Shown one piece after another: positions 35,725 to 45,750 of a DNA stretch of 64,000 bases. Position numbers and translations under genes: made by a program. Numbering within the stretch: the first letter of the stretch is position 1; every line of letters begins with the position of its first letter. This DNA is from a virus. The notes under the pieces were generated by a model. That model ran no database searches. It worked only from the letters and a program-made list of their open reading frames with translations, and was not told the origin of the DNA. The stretch is taken from IMG/VR virus record IMGVR_UViG_3300045988_073070. The stretch is one strand, 5' to 3'.

Positions 35725-37303
35725 AACTTTCATGAAAGGCTTTTTGGTAGGTCAATCGCAACTTAATGTTACAAGCGACTTCGGCAAAAGACATATGAAT
35801 GGTAAGATAAGAAACCATAACGGGATTGACTTTGGCGTTCCCGTAGGTACTGTTTTGAAAGCTCCTTTGGCTGGTACGGTTATAAAGAAAACTGTTCAAA
35901 AGAACGGAGCTGGATTGTACGTTGCTATAAGATACATTGCTGATATGGGTATGTATTTTGATATATACTTTATGCACATGCATACTGTTGAATCAAGCAT
36001 ATCCGTTGGCGTATCAGTAGCCGAAGGTCAAACGATAGGAACGACTGGCGGAGCGAAGGGAGACCCAAACGCAGGGCATTCAACTGGCCCACATTTACAT
36101 CTTGAAGTTCGTAGAAGTGGAACTGTACCTGTTGACCCAAAGTATTGGTTTTTAGCAAAGGAAAGACTTTATTCAGTTAAGTACAAAAAGATATTGAACT
36201 ATGGAGACCCAACTTGGTTATCATTTACGGATGCTTCTTTGAAATCTCAAACAGCTTATAAGTATTCAGCCCAAGCCGATATGACAATGGCTGATGCTAC
36301 TGAATATGTTCCGATAAAAAAGAAATCTCAACCCAATACCGAAGCGAAAGAGAGACTTGCCCCAGGCATTTGGCAGATAACTAAACTTTTGGTTGATAGC
36401 TCCGTTGCTGATAAGCAAGTTTTTGATTCGGGAATATCTACTCAAATGGGAAGTATATTGAATTTCTTCCATAAGGTTTGTCAAGAGCCTTTGGTTGAAA
36501 TGATGGGAGACACGTTTGGTAGTCAATATTATTGGATAGTTCGCAGACCGCCTTTTGATAAAGAGAATCTGACGAAGCTGATAGAAAGTGCGAACTTTGT
36601 ACTGAACGGAGATGATATCATAAATACCAATTTATCTTGGAACAACCAAGAGATATTTTCATGGTATCGTTATGTGCCGTATGGCGACCTTTTGGGAATA
36701 CCCGAAGCTCAATTGTTCATGCCTGCGGTGTTCTTCCCAGAATTTGCTGCGGTATGGGGAAGCCGACCGCTTGCTGTAGAATCTAACTATTACAATTGGG
36801 CTCAATCAGGACGTTGGAATAATGATAAGACCGAGCAAAAGAATAACGGAGACAGAATCATTCGCAATGCAGTACGTGATTTCAAATACCTTATTGAAAG
36901 CAATGCTTACAATGCATTCACCCGAAGGGGCACAATAACACTCATGGGCGACCGAAGAATCAAACGGGGAACGTTGGTGACTCATACTTCTGGTGAGATA
37001 TTCTATGTGGATTCGGTTCAAAATGAATATTCTGTTTTCGATAAGCAAATAACGAGAACAACAACGCTTACCGTCTCCAGAGGAATGTATCCAAAATTTA
37101 TTGATGGTTTTGAGATTAATAACAAAAAGTATAGTTATTTCAACATCATAGACTTTGGTGAATTAGACATTGAACAGATAACTTCGGAGAATTGGAAAAA
37201 GCAAATTTCAAAATGGAAAGTTGATATTGATAACTTCGGATTCTTTATGTCCAAGCAACAACTGTTTTGGAGTAACATTTGGTTAAATAGAAAAAAGCAA
37301 TAA
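35711..37303 (+). CDS. Tail-associated peptidoglycan hydrolase with a Peptidase_M23 domain
   Basis: HNGIDFGVPVGTVLKAPLAGTV and GHSTGPHLHLEVR match the H-x-x-x-D and H-x-H zinc motifs of LytM/M23 peptidases. A C-terminal region of about 370 aa follows. Confidence 0.8.
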   Translation: MATIKTFMKGFLVGQSQLNVTSDFGKRHMNGKIRNHNGIDFGVPVGTVLKAPLAGTVIKKTVQKNGAGLYVAIRYIADMGMYFDIYFMHMHTVESSISVGVSVAEGQTIGTTGGAKGDPNAGHSTGPHLHLEVRRSGTVPVDPKYWFLAKERLYSVKYKKILNYGDPTWLSFTDASLKSQTAYKYSAQADMTMADATEYVPIKKKSQPNTEAKERLAPGIWQITKLLVDSSVADKQVFDSGISTQMGSILNFFHKVCQEPLVEMMGDTFGSQYYWIVRRPPFDKENLTKLIESANFVLNGDDIINTNLSWNNQEIFSWYRYVPYGDLLGIPEAQLFMPAVFFPEFAAVWGSRPLAVESNYYNWAQSGRWNNDKTEQKNNGDRIIRNAVRDFKYLIESNAYNAFTRRGTITLMGDRRIKRGTLVTHTSGEIFYVDSVQNEYSVFDKQITRTTTLTVSRGMYPKFIDGFEINNKKYSYFNIIDFGELDIEQITSENWKKQISKWKVDIDNFGFFMSKQQLFWSNIWLNRKKQ

Positions 37304-37304
37304 T

Positions 37305-38279
37305 ATGAATACCATTGGACTTGTAAAGGTTGAGACGGGAGTAGGTTCAGGCGGTGTAGGCTTTTTAGTCGTACCAGATGAAATTGACCGTGTGCAATAT
37401 ATAGAAGATTGCTACCGCACTCAAACCGTTTCGATGAACGGTGGTGAGGGTTACGGTTATTACAATTCAGTACGATGCCCGCAAAACATTCTTGAAAATC
37501 TTCAATTCCCTACGGAAACGAGCCGTGGGACACCTGTCGTTTGGGTCAAGGACGGTATGAGTCATTTGCCCGTTATCGTTGGTTGGCTACGTCCAGAAGG
37601 AGACTTTTATGCGTTGGGAGAAAATCAATGGAGAGTTTCAAGAGGTAACGACAAGCGGAATGTTGAGCTATTTGTTGATGGTAATGTAGCTGCTCTTCAA
37701 ATCAGCGTCATGGGCGATAGTGAAGAGCCTGCCAACGTTGATATAAAATTGACGAGCCAAAATCAAGATTCCGTATTTAATCTTTCTTCGGATAATGAAA
37801 TAAATCTTAATGCAGCCAAAAAGGCTACCATTTCAGGAGACAATGAGTTGGACTTCAATATCAAGGAAAAGGGAGAAGTCAAGGGTCAAATAAGATACTT
37901 GATTGGGGAAGGACTTTCAATCATATCCGAGAAGAACGTTTCATGGACTATCCGAGATGATGAGGATAAGGAATTGACTACAATGACGTACAAGGCTGGT
38001 ACGGGCTTTGTATATAAAGACGAATTTGGAAATGAGATAAAGTGTTCTGACGGACTGGTAGAATTGATTAGCAAGCAAATAAACCACAATAGCGGAAAAG
38101 AGCCGATGGTTTTGGGAGATACGCTTGAAAAGATATTGAATGACCTTTTAACGGCAATACAAAAATTAACCGTTATTTCTCCTGTGGGAGCTACATCACC
38201 GCCAGTTAATATAGCCGACTTTGCTGAAATACAAGCGAGGTTGGATACAATCAAAAGTAAAAAATCTAATTTGGAATAA
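37305..38279 (+). CDS. Baseplate hub/spike protein (gpV / Mu gp45-like)
   Basis: 324 aa. The C-terminus GKEPMVLGDTLEKILNDLLTAIQKLTVISPVGATSPPVNIADFAEIQARLDTIKS resembles the conserved tail of spike and baseplate V proteins. Confidence 0.4.
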   Translation: MNTIGLVKVETGVGSGGVGFLVVPDEIDRVQYIEDCYRTQTVSMNGGEGYGYYNSVRCPQNILENLQFPTETSRGTPVVWVKDGMSHLPVIVGWLRPEGDFYALGENQWRVSRGNDKRNVELFVDGNVAALQISVMGDSEEPANVDIKLTSQNQDSVFNLSSDNEINLNAAKKATISGDNELDFNIKEKGEVKGQIRYLIGEGLSIISEKNVSWTIRDDEDKELTTMTYKAGTGFVYKDEFGNEIKCSDGLVELISKQINHNSGKEPMVLGDTLEKILNDLLTAIQKLTVISPVGATSPPVNIADFAEIQARLDTIKSKKSNLE

Positions 38280-38281
38280 TT

Positions 38282-38548
38282 ATGCCATTAGCAACAGAAG
38301 TATTGAGAACAACTCTCAAAGCAAAAATCAAGGAAGCTCTTGACCAACCGATTGATGAAAAATCGGATTCCGAAGCGGTAAAGAATAGATTTGCCGAAAA
38401 CATATCAAACGCAATAGCCGATGGCGTTGACGCTTGGATTAAGACAGCGACCGTTACAGTGGCTCAAGGAATACCAGTGGCAACAGCAGGAAGTCCTACG
38501 GCACAGACAGGTGCAACAACAGCTCCTGGCACTGGAACAATCTCTTAA
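38282..38548 (+). CDS. Small baseplate-region protein
   Basis: ORF of 88 aa, tightly packed. Confidence 0.4.
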   Translation: MPLATEVLRTTLKAKIKEALDQPIDEKSDSEAVKNRFAENISNAIADGVDAWIKTATVTVAQGIPVATAGSPTAQTGATTAPGTGTIS

Positions 38549-38576
38549 CAGTTATTAAGTTGTAAAATTAAACAGT

Positions 38577-39329
38577 ATGGGAGTTTTAGGAAATTCAGTA
38601 AACGAAGTATTGGAACAATCGAGGTCATTAGTGATGACGGTTGGGAAGGCTGCTTTACACTCTATAGCTCCAGACAACTTTGAATATTATCTTTGTTCTT
38701 TGGAACTTATTGATAGTGCTGGAAATACAAAGGGTTTTTTGTCTTTCGTTGTTATGCCAAATAACTATATGGAGACGAGAACAACGGTTGGTTCGGTTAC
38801 TAAAACCCAAAGTGGTGTAACTACATTATATAACAGCACATTCGCTCCGAGAGATATTTCAATTCAAGGAACGTTTGGACGAAAATTGAGACTTTTGCTT
38901 GGCTTAAAAGAGGTTGAGGATAAGAATGATAAAAGTATTCCATTTTTCAATGGTCAATTCGGCAAAGTATTAGGTCAGGAAGTTCTGGTGAAGACGGGAT
39001 ATGGTTTGACGAAGATGCTACAAAAGATGGTTGAAACTACTTATAAGACCGATGAGCAAGGTGGTTCACATATACTTCTTTTTAGCAATTATTCTTTGAA
39101 TACCAATTACGTTGTAGAAGTTTTGCAGGATTCTTACAGTCAAAGTATAGATAACAATATGCTTTGGTTTTATTCTTTGGAAATGAAAGCCGTTGCACCT
39201 CAATCAGCCGTACAACGTGGAGAGAATTTTAGCAAGACCGCTCAACTAATAACAACCGTTGCAGCAGGAGCGATAGCGAAGGGAATTGGTAATATATTGA
39301 ACTCCGTAACAAGAGCGATAAATTTGTGA
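38577..39329 (+). CDS. Baseplate-region protein
   Basis: ORF of 250 aa. Confidence 0.4.
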   Translation: MGVLGNSVNEVLEQSRSLVMTVGKAALHSIAPDNFEYYLCSLELIDSAGNTKGFLSFVVMPNNYMETRTTVGSVTKTQSGVTTLYNSTFAPRDISIQGTFGRKLRLLLGLKEVEDKNDKSIPFFNGQFGKVLGQEVLVKTGYGLTKMLQKMVETTYKTDEQGGSHILLFSNYSLNTNYVVEVLQDSYSQSIDNNMLWFYSLEMKAVAPQSAVQRGENFSKTAQLITTVAAGAIAKGIGNILNSVTRAINL

Positions 39330-39330
39330 T

Positions 39331-40251
39331 ATGGAAAGTATTGTAATAGAATTTCAAAAAGTAACGAAATATCCGTTGGTTGAGTTTCTGACTCAATACA
39401 GGAATTTTATGCTCAATTCCTATCCAGAGATTGACCGCTATTTTTCGGGAGAAACTGCGTCAATAGATAACGCTCATTTGATTGCTCTGAAGAACTTGAC
39501 TAATGAGTGTGGTAATTGTATGTCGCAATTCAAAAACTTTGCTAATAAGTTCGACAAGTGCGGTTATTGGGAATTGATGGAATATATAGGAAATTTGGAA
39601 GATACGATTGATAAAATCAACAAACTTCCGAAGTTCCGCAGAACGTCTTTGACCAAGCGAGGTTATCAACCAGTAGTTCAAGTAGCAACGGATGTTGGCG
39701 GATTCCGTACTATGGAAGATGTTGCGAATATTGTTCAAAATCTAAACCAAGATAATTTCAATTGGGTTGATTTGATGTTAAGCAATGACTTAAACGAGGT
39801 AGATTGGGAGATTGATAAACTCACTCCGTTGAACGTATTGATAAATAATACGGTTGATGTAGTAGTTACAACGATTCTTGACCAACCTATCGGAAAGCGT
39901 ATCTATGGGAAGGATATAAACAGAAAGATTACTTTTGTAGATAACGACTTGGATATAAAGATTTGGCAAGATAATATTGAACAAAAGTGCGATATATTGT
40001 TAAGTCTGAAACGTGGCGATGTTCCCGAAAATATGTTATTTGGTCAAAACACTGAATTGACTATCGGAGTAACGTCAAAAAGTTTCTCCTATCCAGAGTT
40101 GGTTAAAAATCTACAAAACACGTTCTTACAAAACGACTTGTTCCAATATGTAGAAATAACCAAGTTTCAATATGAGAACGGCTCTATGTTTATGTATTGC
40201 GAGATTAAGACAAAATATGATTATAAAACCGAAAGAAAGATTGTAGTATGA
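39331..40251 (+). CDS. Baseplate-region protein
   Basis: ORF of 306 aa. Confidence 0.4.
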   Translation: MESIVIEFQKVTKYPLVEFLTQYRNFMLNSYPEIDRYFSGETASIDNAHLIALKNLTNECGNCMSQFKNFANKFDKCGYWELMEYIGNLEDTIDKINKLPKFRRTSLTKRGYQPVVQVATDVGGFRTMEDVANIVQNLNQDNFNWVDLMLSNDLNEVDWEIDKLTPLNVLINNTVDVVVTTILDQPIGKRIYGKDINRKITFVDNDLDIKIWQDNIEQKCDILLSLKRGDVPENMLFGQNTELTIGVTSKSFSYPELVKNLQNTFLQNDLFQYVEITKFQYENGSMFMYCEIKTKYDYKTERKIVV

Positions 40252-41444
40252 TTACAAAAATAATTCCTGTAAATGAGCTCAAGCAGATGTTCCTTGAAAT
40301 CTTTCTTAACAAGACGGATAAGGTCAACGATGTTTCTCAAGAATCTGTATTGAATGGCTTTGCCTTCGGATGCGCCAAAGTGGGTCAGAAGTGTTTGGTC
40401 AATCAAGCGATTGTTGAGGGGCATATTTTTCCTGATACGGCTTATGGAAAGTATTTGGATGACCTTGCTAAAATTCGTGGCGTAGCTCCGAGATTTGGCG
40501 CACAAGGCTCTTCCACTTATTTGAGATTGGTAGGAGATGAAGGAACGACCTATTTGGCTGATGTGACTACCTTTACAAGTTCTTCGGGCGTTAATTTCTC
40601 TTTGGAAAATGACGTTGTGATAGGTGTGAATGGTTTTGCTTATGCAAAAGTCAAAAGCGATTCCGAAGGAGCTTCAACGAACGTTGACCCATTGTCTATA
40701 AATAAGCTCACCCCAGTTCCTTCTGGACATATAGCTTGTACAAATGAATACCGAGCTACGGGTGGACGAGACGATGAGGATGACGATTTGTTCCGAATAA
40801 GAATCAAAGAAAGCGTAAACCAATTGGCGAGAAATACACTGTCTTATTTGGAGCAAGTGTTTATGAAAATAAACAATAATGTTTTGAAAGTTCATAAGGG
40901 CGGTGTTGATAGCGATGGAAGATTCAACTTGATTGTGGTATCGGTAAATGGACAAGACTTCACGGATGAAGAATTTAACCAGATATTGAGCCAAAGCGAG
41001 GAATTTTTGACGTTATCGGAGTTATTGAGCACATCAACTGGATATTCCTTGAAACTCAATAATGTTAATTGGTTACCTGTTGACGTGGAGTTCCGAGTGG
41101 ATATTGACCCAGCCTATGACCAAGATAAAGTAAGAAGGGAAATCCAAATTCAGATGGGCAAGATGTTTGACTATCGTTTCTGGAAGTACGGGGATAAAGT
41201 TGAATGGGAAAACCTTTTATATGCCGCCAAGAACGTTGATGGAGTGCGATATGTGCCCGATACGCATTTTTCACCTCATGCTGATATAAACGTTCCCGAA
41301 TATCGACTACCACGCATAAGAGGGTTTGTAATGCGTGACCTTGATGGGAATATCATAGAAGATAATGGCGGTGTATTGAGTGAGTTCTTCTATCCCAACG
41401 AAATTGATTATTCATTCCAAGCATCTGTATTAACGACAATATGA
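40248..41444 (+). CDS. Baseplate J-like wedge protein
   Basis: 398 aa. VLNGFAFGCAKVGQKCLVNQAIVEGHIFPDTAYGKYLDDLAKIRGVAPRFGAQGS resembles the Baseplate_J N-terminal pattern. Confidence 0.5.
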   Translation: MITKIIPVNELKQMFLEIFLNKTDKVNDVSQESVLNGFAFGCAKVGQKCLVNQAIVEGHIFPDTAYGKYLDDLAKIRGVAPRFGAQGSSTYLRLVGDEGTTYLADVTTFTSSSGVNFSLENDVVIGVNGFAYAKVKSDSEGASTNVDPLSINKLTPVPSGHIACTNEYRATGGRDDEDDDLFRIRIKESVNQLARNTLSYLEQVFMKINNNVLKVHKGGVDSDGRFNLIVVSVNGQDFTDEEFNQILSQSEEFLTLSELLSTSTGYSLKLNNVNWLPVDVEFRVDIDPAYDQDKVRREIQIQMGKMFDYRFWKYGDKVEWENLLYAAKNVDGVRYVPDTHFSPHADINVPEYRLPRIRGFVMRDLDGNIIEDNGGVLSEFFYPNEIDYSFQASVLTTI

Positions 41445-41755
41445 CAACCGAAGTACCAACAAGAACAATAACCGAGATGAAGGATGGAGAAGGCGTGAAC
41501 TTATCTATCCTTTGCGTTCCTTCAATACAGGATGATGGTTCGGAAAATCCGACAATTTATTCATCCAAAGTATTGGAAGAGCCTTTGACCGTTGATACAG
41601 TTGATGGAATAGAAGGTGAGTTGATAATTTCTTCCGAAGAAACAAATGCAGGAAGTCTCAACAACGCTGGCGACTTTATAGTCAATACCGAGATTGATGA
41701 CGCTGATAAGTATTCGGTTGACCAAACAGAGGGGGATTTGCTATATGAAGAATAA
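41441..41755 (+). CDS. Small acidic baseplate-region protein
   Basis: ORF of 104 aa. Confidence 0.4.
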   Translation: MTTEVPTRTITEMKDGEGVNLSILCVPSIQDDGSENPTIYSSKVLEEPLTVDTVDGIEGELIISSEETNAGSLNNAGDFIVNTEIDDADKYSVDQTEGDLLYEE

Positions 41756-43430
41756 CAAACTATTAGCAGTTGGAGATATATTGATTGTAAACGTCCATTC
41801 TCAAATGAGTGGACGGGTTCAATTGTTATCCTTTGTAGATGACCTCACAGGAATTGATACCAATAGAAACATACAAAGAGAGTTCCGAATAACGGTTGAT
41901 GATACGTTCTGGACTGAATGGACAAATTTGACCGATGAGAATTTAGCAAAGACCGATTCAACGTTTGTTGATGGATTCTTTACAATTCAAGTTCGTTACA
42001 CACGCATAGGCTCTGACGAGACGGGAGAAATAGAGTTCAACAGTATTAACTTCTCAGGACACGTTGAACCCAAGATTTTAGTAGCACCTACAATCGAAGG
42101 CAGCATCTTCGCTGATACTATTAATGAGCCTGAATTAAAAGTCTTGGAAAGGAACATTTTCAAGAAATTATATTATCGTGGAATTTTACCTCAATATATC
42201 ATACGTGCCGACAATTCCGATATAAAAGAAGATAAGGACTTTGCTGACCTTTGGAGTTCGGTTGCTAAATTCTTTGGTTTGTTTATACGATTCTTCAAGA
42301 GATATGAAAATTTCAACGATGATTATTCTTTGTTGTATGAATACGTTCGACAGAATGGTTTGTATTTTGATGAGTCAAAAATAACTCTTGAAGATTTACA
42401 ATATTTAGCTCAGCACTTCTATGACCAGATTCGTCAAAGAGGAACGAATATGATATTCAAGAAAAAAGGAGATGTCTTGGCTGATGGAACTATTGTACCG
42501 ATTAATGGCGAATTTATTCGTTTGATGAGAACGAAGATATATGATGAGCTTTTGTATGAAGTCCTTCCTTTGAACAAAATAGGTTGGTGCGTTGGTCAAT
42601 CATCTCCGATGTGGAGAGGTACATCACGCTCCAAATTTTTGAATAAAACAAAAGAAGATACCGAGAATTTCCAAGACCTATCTAATTTTGTATTGAATCG
42701 TGAAGGCAATGCTTCATACGCTCTATCTACTTTTGATGGCAAACAAGTTTTGATGTTAAGAGCCAATACGGGTGGAACGGCAGGACTTGGAAGATTGGAT
42801 GAAGAACAAGACGTTTCAAACAATCTCTATATTGCCGATTCAAGAATGGATTATGAGATAACTTTCGCTTTCCGAATTTTGAGCACTTCCAGCGCAAATT
42901 CTCATTTACGTTTCGGAGTTGAGGGATTTGATTCATCAAAGAATAAATTGAACGATGCTTTCATTTTACCAAGTGGTGATTCTGTTTCTGAATCCTTCTT
43001 TGATATTGATACGCTGAATAAGCGAAAGGATTGCTGGTATTATGTTCGTGGAATCATACACGCCTATTCTACCCAGAATGTTGACGAGAATCCGAAAACT
43101 AATATTGGATTTGGGAACAACTTATATTTCAATAACTCTTTTGTCAAATATATATTGCCGAAGATTCAAGTCACTGGTACTTCCGATACCCAAATAGCAA
43201 TTTGGGATTATAAGATAAGACCTTTGGTGAGAGGAACAAATATATTGCCGTTGAAAGACGGTCAAGCGAACGCAATGAGCTTGGGATTTATTCAAAGTTC
43301 ACGTGTATTCTTTATATACGTTAAGAGCAATAACAATTCCTTGTCTCAACAAGAGTTGACCGAGATAGTAAACAAATATTTACTTCCGTTCAACTTCAAC
43401 ACCATTTATGTATATATTAACAATTTCTAA
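41745..43430 (+). CDS. Baseplate or tail-fibre-region protein
   Basis: Start set to ATG 41745 (MKNNKLLAV), an 11-nt overlap with the upstream gene. 561 aa. Confidence 0.45.
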   Translation: MKNNKLLAVGDILIVNVHSQMSGRVQLLSFVDDLTGIDTNRNIQREFRITVDDTFWTEWTNLTDENLAKTDSTFVDGFFTIQVRYTRIGSDETGEIEFNSINFSGHVEPKILVAPTIEGSIFADTINEPELKVLERNIFKKLYYRGILPQYIIRADNSDIKEDKDFADLWSSVAKFFGLFIRFFKRYENFNDDYSLLYEYVRQNGLYFDESKITLEDLQYLAQHFYDQIRQRGTNMIFKKKGDVLADGTIVPINGEFIRLMRTKIYDELLYEVLPLNKIGWCVGQSSPMWRGTSRSKFLNKTKEDTENFQDLSNFVLNREGNASYALSTFDGKQVLMLRANTGGTAGLGRLDEEQDVSNNLYIADSRMDYEITFAFRILSTSSANSHLRFGVEGFDSSKNKLNDAFILPSGDSVSESFFDIDTLNKRKDCWYYVRGIIHAYSTQNVDENPKTNIGFGNNLYFNNSFVKYILPKIQVTGTSDTQIAIWDYKIRPLVRGTNILPLKDGQANAMSLGFIQSSRVFFIYVKSNNNSLSQQELTEIVNKYLLPFNFNTIYVYINNF

Positions 43431-43443
43431 AAATAAGAACGCT

Positions 43444-44823
43444 ATGTCAAAGTTGAAAATTAGTGAAAATTTATTCCTTGAAGTAGCGGAGCTGAACAGG
43501 CTTGTCCGATTCCTTAAAACAGAAGGATATGAGCAGCTTGTAAAGTCTATGGTAAAGTCATACGGAATAGTTAGCAATGCTGAAAATAACTATTACAAGG
43601 TGACTTCAAAGGTTGGTACTTCCAATAGTATCATTATCAATCCTGGCATTGCCTTTGATTCCCAGCTCCGAGCTATCAAAATGGAAAACTCACTGGACAT
43701 GACCATAACCAATACGGGTATGGTACGTTGGTTGATTTTGCAATATAAATCTACCAATTTTGAGAAAGGAACGGTTGCTGTAACCGCTGACGGAACGATT
43801 CAAGGAACAGGAACAGCTTTCACAGAAGTATTAAGAGGACAACCAAACTTTCCAACGAAAGTAGTTTTCAATTCTTCTACCAATACAGAAGAATATGAAG
43901 TTGTATCGGTAACCAATGATAATTCGGCAATCCTTTCAGGCTCTTTCATTCCCGAAGCTGGTTTGAGGTATTCTGTTGTTGGAGCTTTCACACCTGGTTT
44001 TGAACCGACCGAAGAAAACAAAAGAATTTATGAAATGGATAGTTATGAAATAACCATCATAGATTCGGCTGACGTTCCTTCCTTGACTGCTGACCAATTC
44101 GTTTTGGCTTCAATAGAGTTTTCTGGCAATGGTATGATAATAACCGACAGACGGTCAGGATATATGTTTAATAGCTCAAGTTACACGGGCGGTATCAAGC
44201 CGACTACGGATGAGCTTGTAAGTTTGTTGAGGATTCAAAGGATTCAAACAAACCTTTTGGAAGTTTCTATTGAACATGGATATTCCATAACGGGTTTTGA
44301 AGTAATAGAAACCACAACGGCAACGATATTCCGAATAAAAGCAGGTAGTAGCAATTTCTTGGGCACTGGAGCTATTCCCAACAGTATGTTCAAGAATTGG
44401 GTATTGATTAACAAAAATACTTTGAAAAAAGTAGCTATTGACGACAATACCGACCATGACTTGTATATCTCCAAATTTGATGAGGACGTTATCGCAGGGG
44501 ACGTATCGCAATTTGCTGTTTGTCCACCATATCCAGAATTGGAATACCGAATTTCATACGCTGGAGATAGTGTTTCGGCAGCTCCTTCTTTCCATCTGGT
44601 TACGCAAGGAAGTAATGCGAACAAAATATTGATTCCCGTTCCGTATGGAGTTATAACAATCAGTTTGCGTTTTCGTCTTATTGACGGAGATGAATCAACT
44701 CCTTGGCAAAAATTCTCAATAGCCGAATATGTCAACGAGAACGGAGAAAAGCAAATGATTGGAGATTCTCAATTTATAATCACGGTGAACGAGCCTGTTG
44801 TTGAACTCAGAAATTATTCGTAA
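43444..44823 (+). CDS. Tail-fibre-region protein
   Basis: Start set to ATG 43444 (MSKLKISEN), after the upstream stop at 43430. 459 aa. Confidence 0.45.
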   Translation: MSKLKISENLFLEVAELNRLVRFLKTEGYEQLVKSMVKSYGIVSNAENNYYKVTSKVGTSNSIIINPGIAFDSQLRAIKMENSLDMTITNTGMVRWLILQYKSTNFEKGTVAVTADGTIQGTGTAFTEVLRGQPNFPTKVVFNSSTNTEEYEVVSVTNDNSAILSGSFIPEAGLRYSVVGAFTPGFEPTEENKRIYEMDSYEITIIDSADVPSLTADQFVLASIEFSGNGMIITDRRSGYMFNSSSYTGGIKPTTDELVSLLRIQRIQTNLLEVSIEHGYSITGFEVIETTTATIFRIKAGSSNFLGTGAIPNSMFKNWVLINKNTLKKVAIDDNTDHDLYISKFDEDVIAGDVSQFAVCPPYPELEYRISYAGDSVSAAPSFHLVTQGSNANKILIPVPYGVITISLRFRLIDGDESTPWQKFSIAEYVNENGEKQMIGDSQFIITVNEPVVELRNYS

Positions 44824-44827
44824 AGAT

Positions 44828-45727
44828 ATGATGATATATTTAACAGGTGCACAAGCACCATTAACAAAGTCTGACTGGGCAAGTCCCCAGTCAGACGTTA
44901 ATAAGAGTTTGGGTGGGTATGTTTCTTCAACTACAGTTCCCAACGGAGCTTTGAATGTAGTCTTTGACCTTATTTCTTCTTATACTTTGGAGAAGCGTAC
45001 ACCTGAAACTCTTGCTTTTGCGTTGATAAACAAGTTCGATAAACCTGTTAAAGACGTTGAGCTGAAACTTGTAACAGATGAAGGAAATTTGGCTATGTTC
45101 AAGATAGCAGCCGTTTCAGTGGATTCCGAGACTATGGCAATGGAACATATTGCTAATAGATATGAACAGCCGATTAATGCCGAGTTTCATGACGCTTCTT
45201 TCTATCGAGCAGCTGTTGACGTTCGTATCGTTACGCCAGCCGTTAAGGGGGAAGAAATTGTATTTTATCCGATGAACGTTGTTGTGGAAGTAAAAGAAAG
45301 CGGATTGGAAGGAACATGGGAAGCAATTTGCGATGCTTTTGACGATGATGACACCTATCGGGCGAAACGACTTACAGCTGATACTTTCAGAATCGAAAGA
45401 AGGGATGAAACGGTGCTTTCCGAGCCGTTACCATGCTCTTTTATATCCACGGAAGGTTCTTCCTTCATTTTCGATGGAGAATTGCGTAACAAGGCAAATA
45501 ACACTGTTCTTTTATCTGATGAACTTGCGGCAGGAGCTTGCATTGGAATTTGGGTTCAAAGACGTATTAAACGCACCAAAGGATTATCCAACGAAGAAAT
45601 ACTCAAAAACTACAAAGATAAGTTTAATTATCCGACTATTGAAGAGGTTGATTTGGTTATCAATTATAACGAAGTTGAAGACGATAAGAACTATCAGGAA
45701 AACGAGTACGATGAAGAATATTCATAA
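44828..45727 (+). CDS. Tail-fibre-region protein
   Basis: Start set to ATG 44828 (MMIYLTGAQ), after the upstream stop at 44823. 299 aa. Confidence 0.45.
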   Translation: MMIYLTGAQAPLTKSDWASPQSDVNKSLGGYVSSTTVPNGALNVVFDLISSYTLEKRTPETLAFALINKFDKPVKDVELKLVTDEGNLAMFKIAAVSVDSETMAMEHIANRYEQPINAEFHDASFYRAAVDVRIVTPAVKGEEIVFYPMNVVVEVKESGLEGTWEAICDAFDDDDTYRAKRLTADTFRIERRDETVLSEPLPCSFISTEGSSFIFDGELRNKANNTVLLSDELAAGACIGIWVQRRIKRTKGLSNEEILKNYKDKFNYPTIEEVDLVINYNEVEDDKNYQENEYDEEYS

Positions 45728-45750
45728 TTTATAAATAATTTACAACGATT

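Noticed and set aside
45333-45734. 133-aa + strand ORF overlapping the end of 44828-45727 in another frame
   Set aside because: It lies entirely inside a longer ORF that fits the gene packing. Its composition is Leu/Ile/Lys-rich, typical of an off-frame reading.
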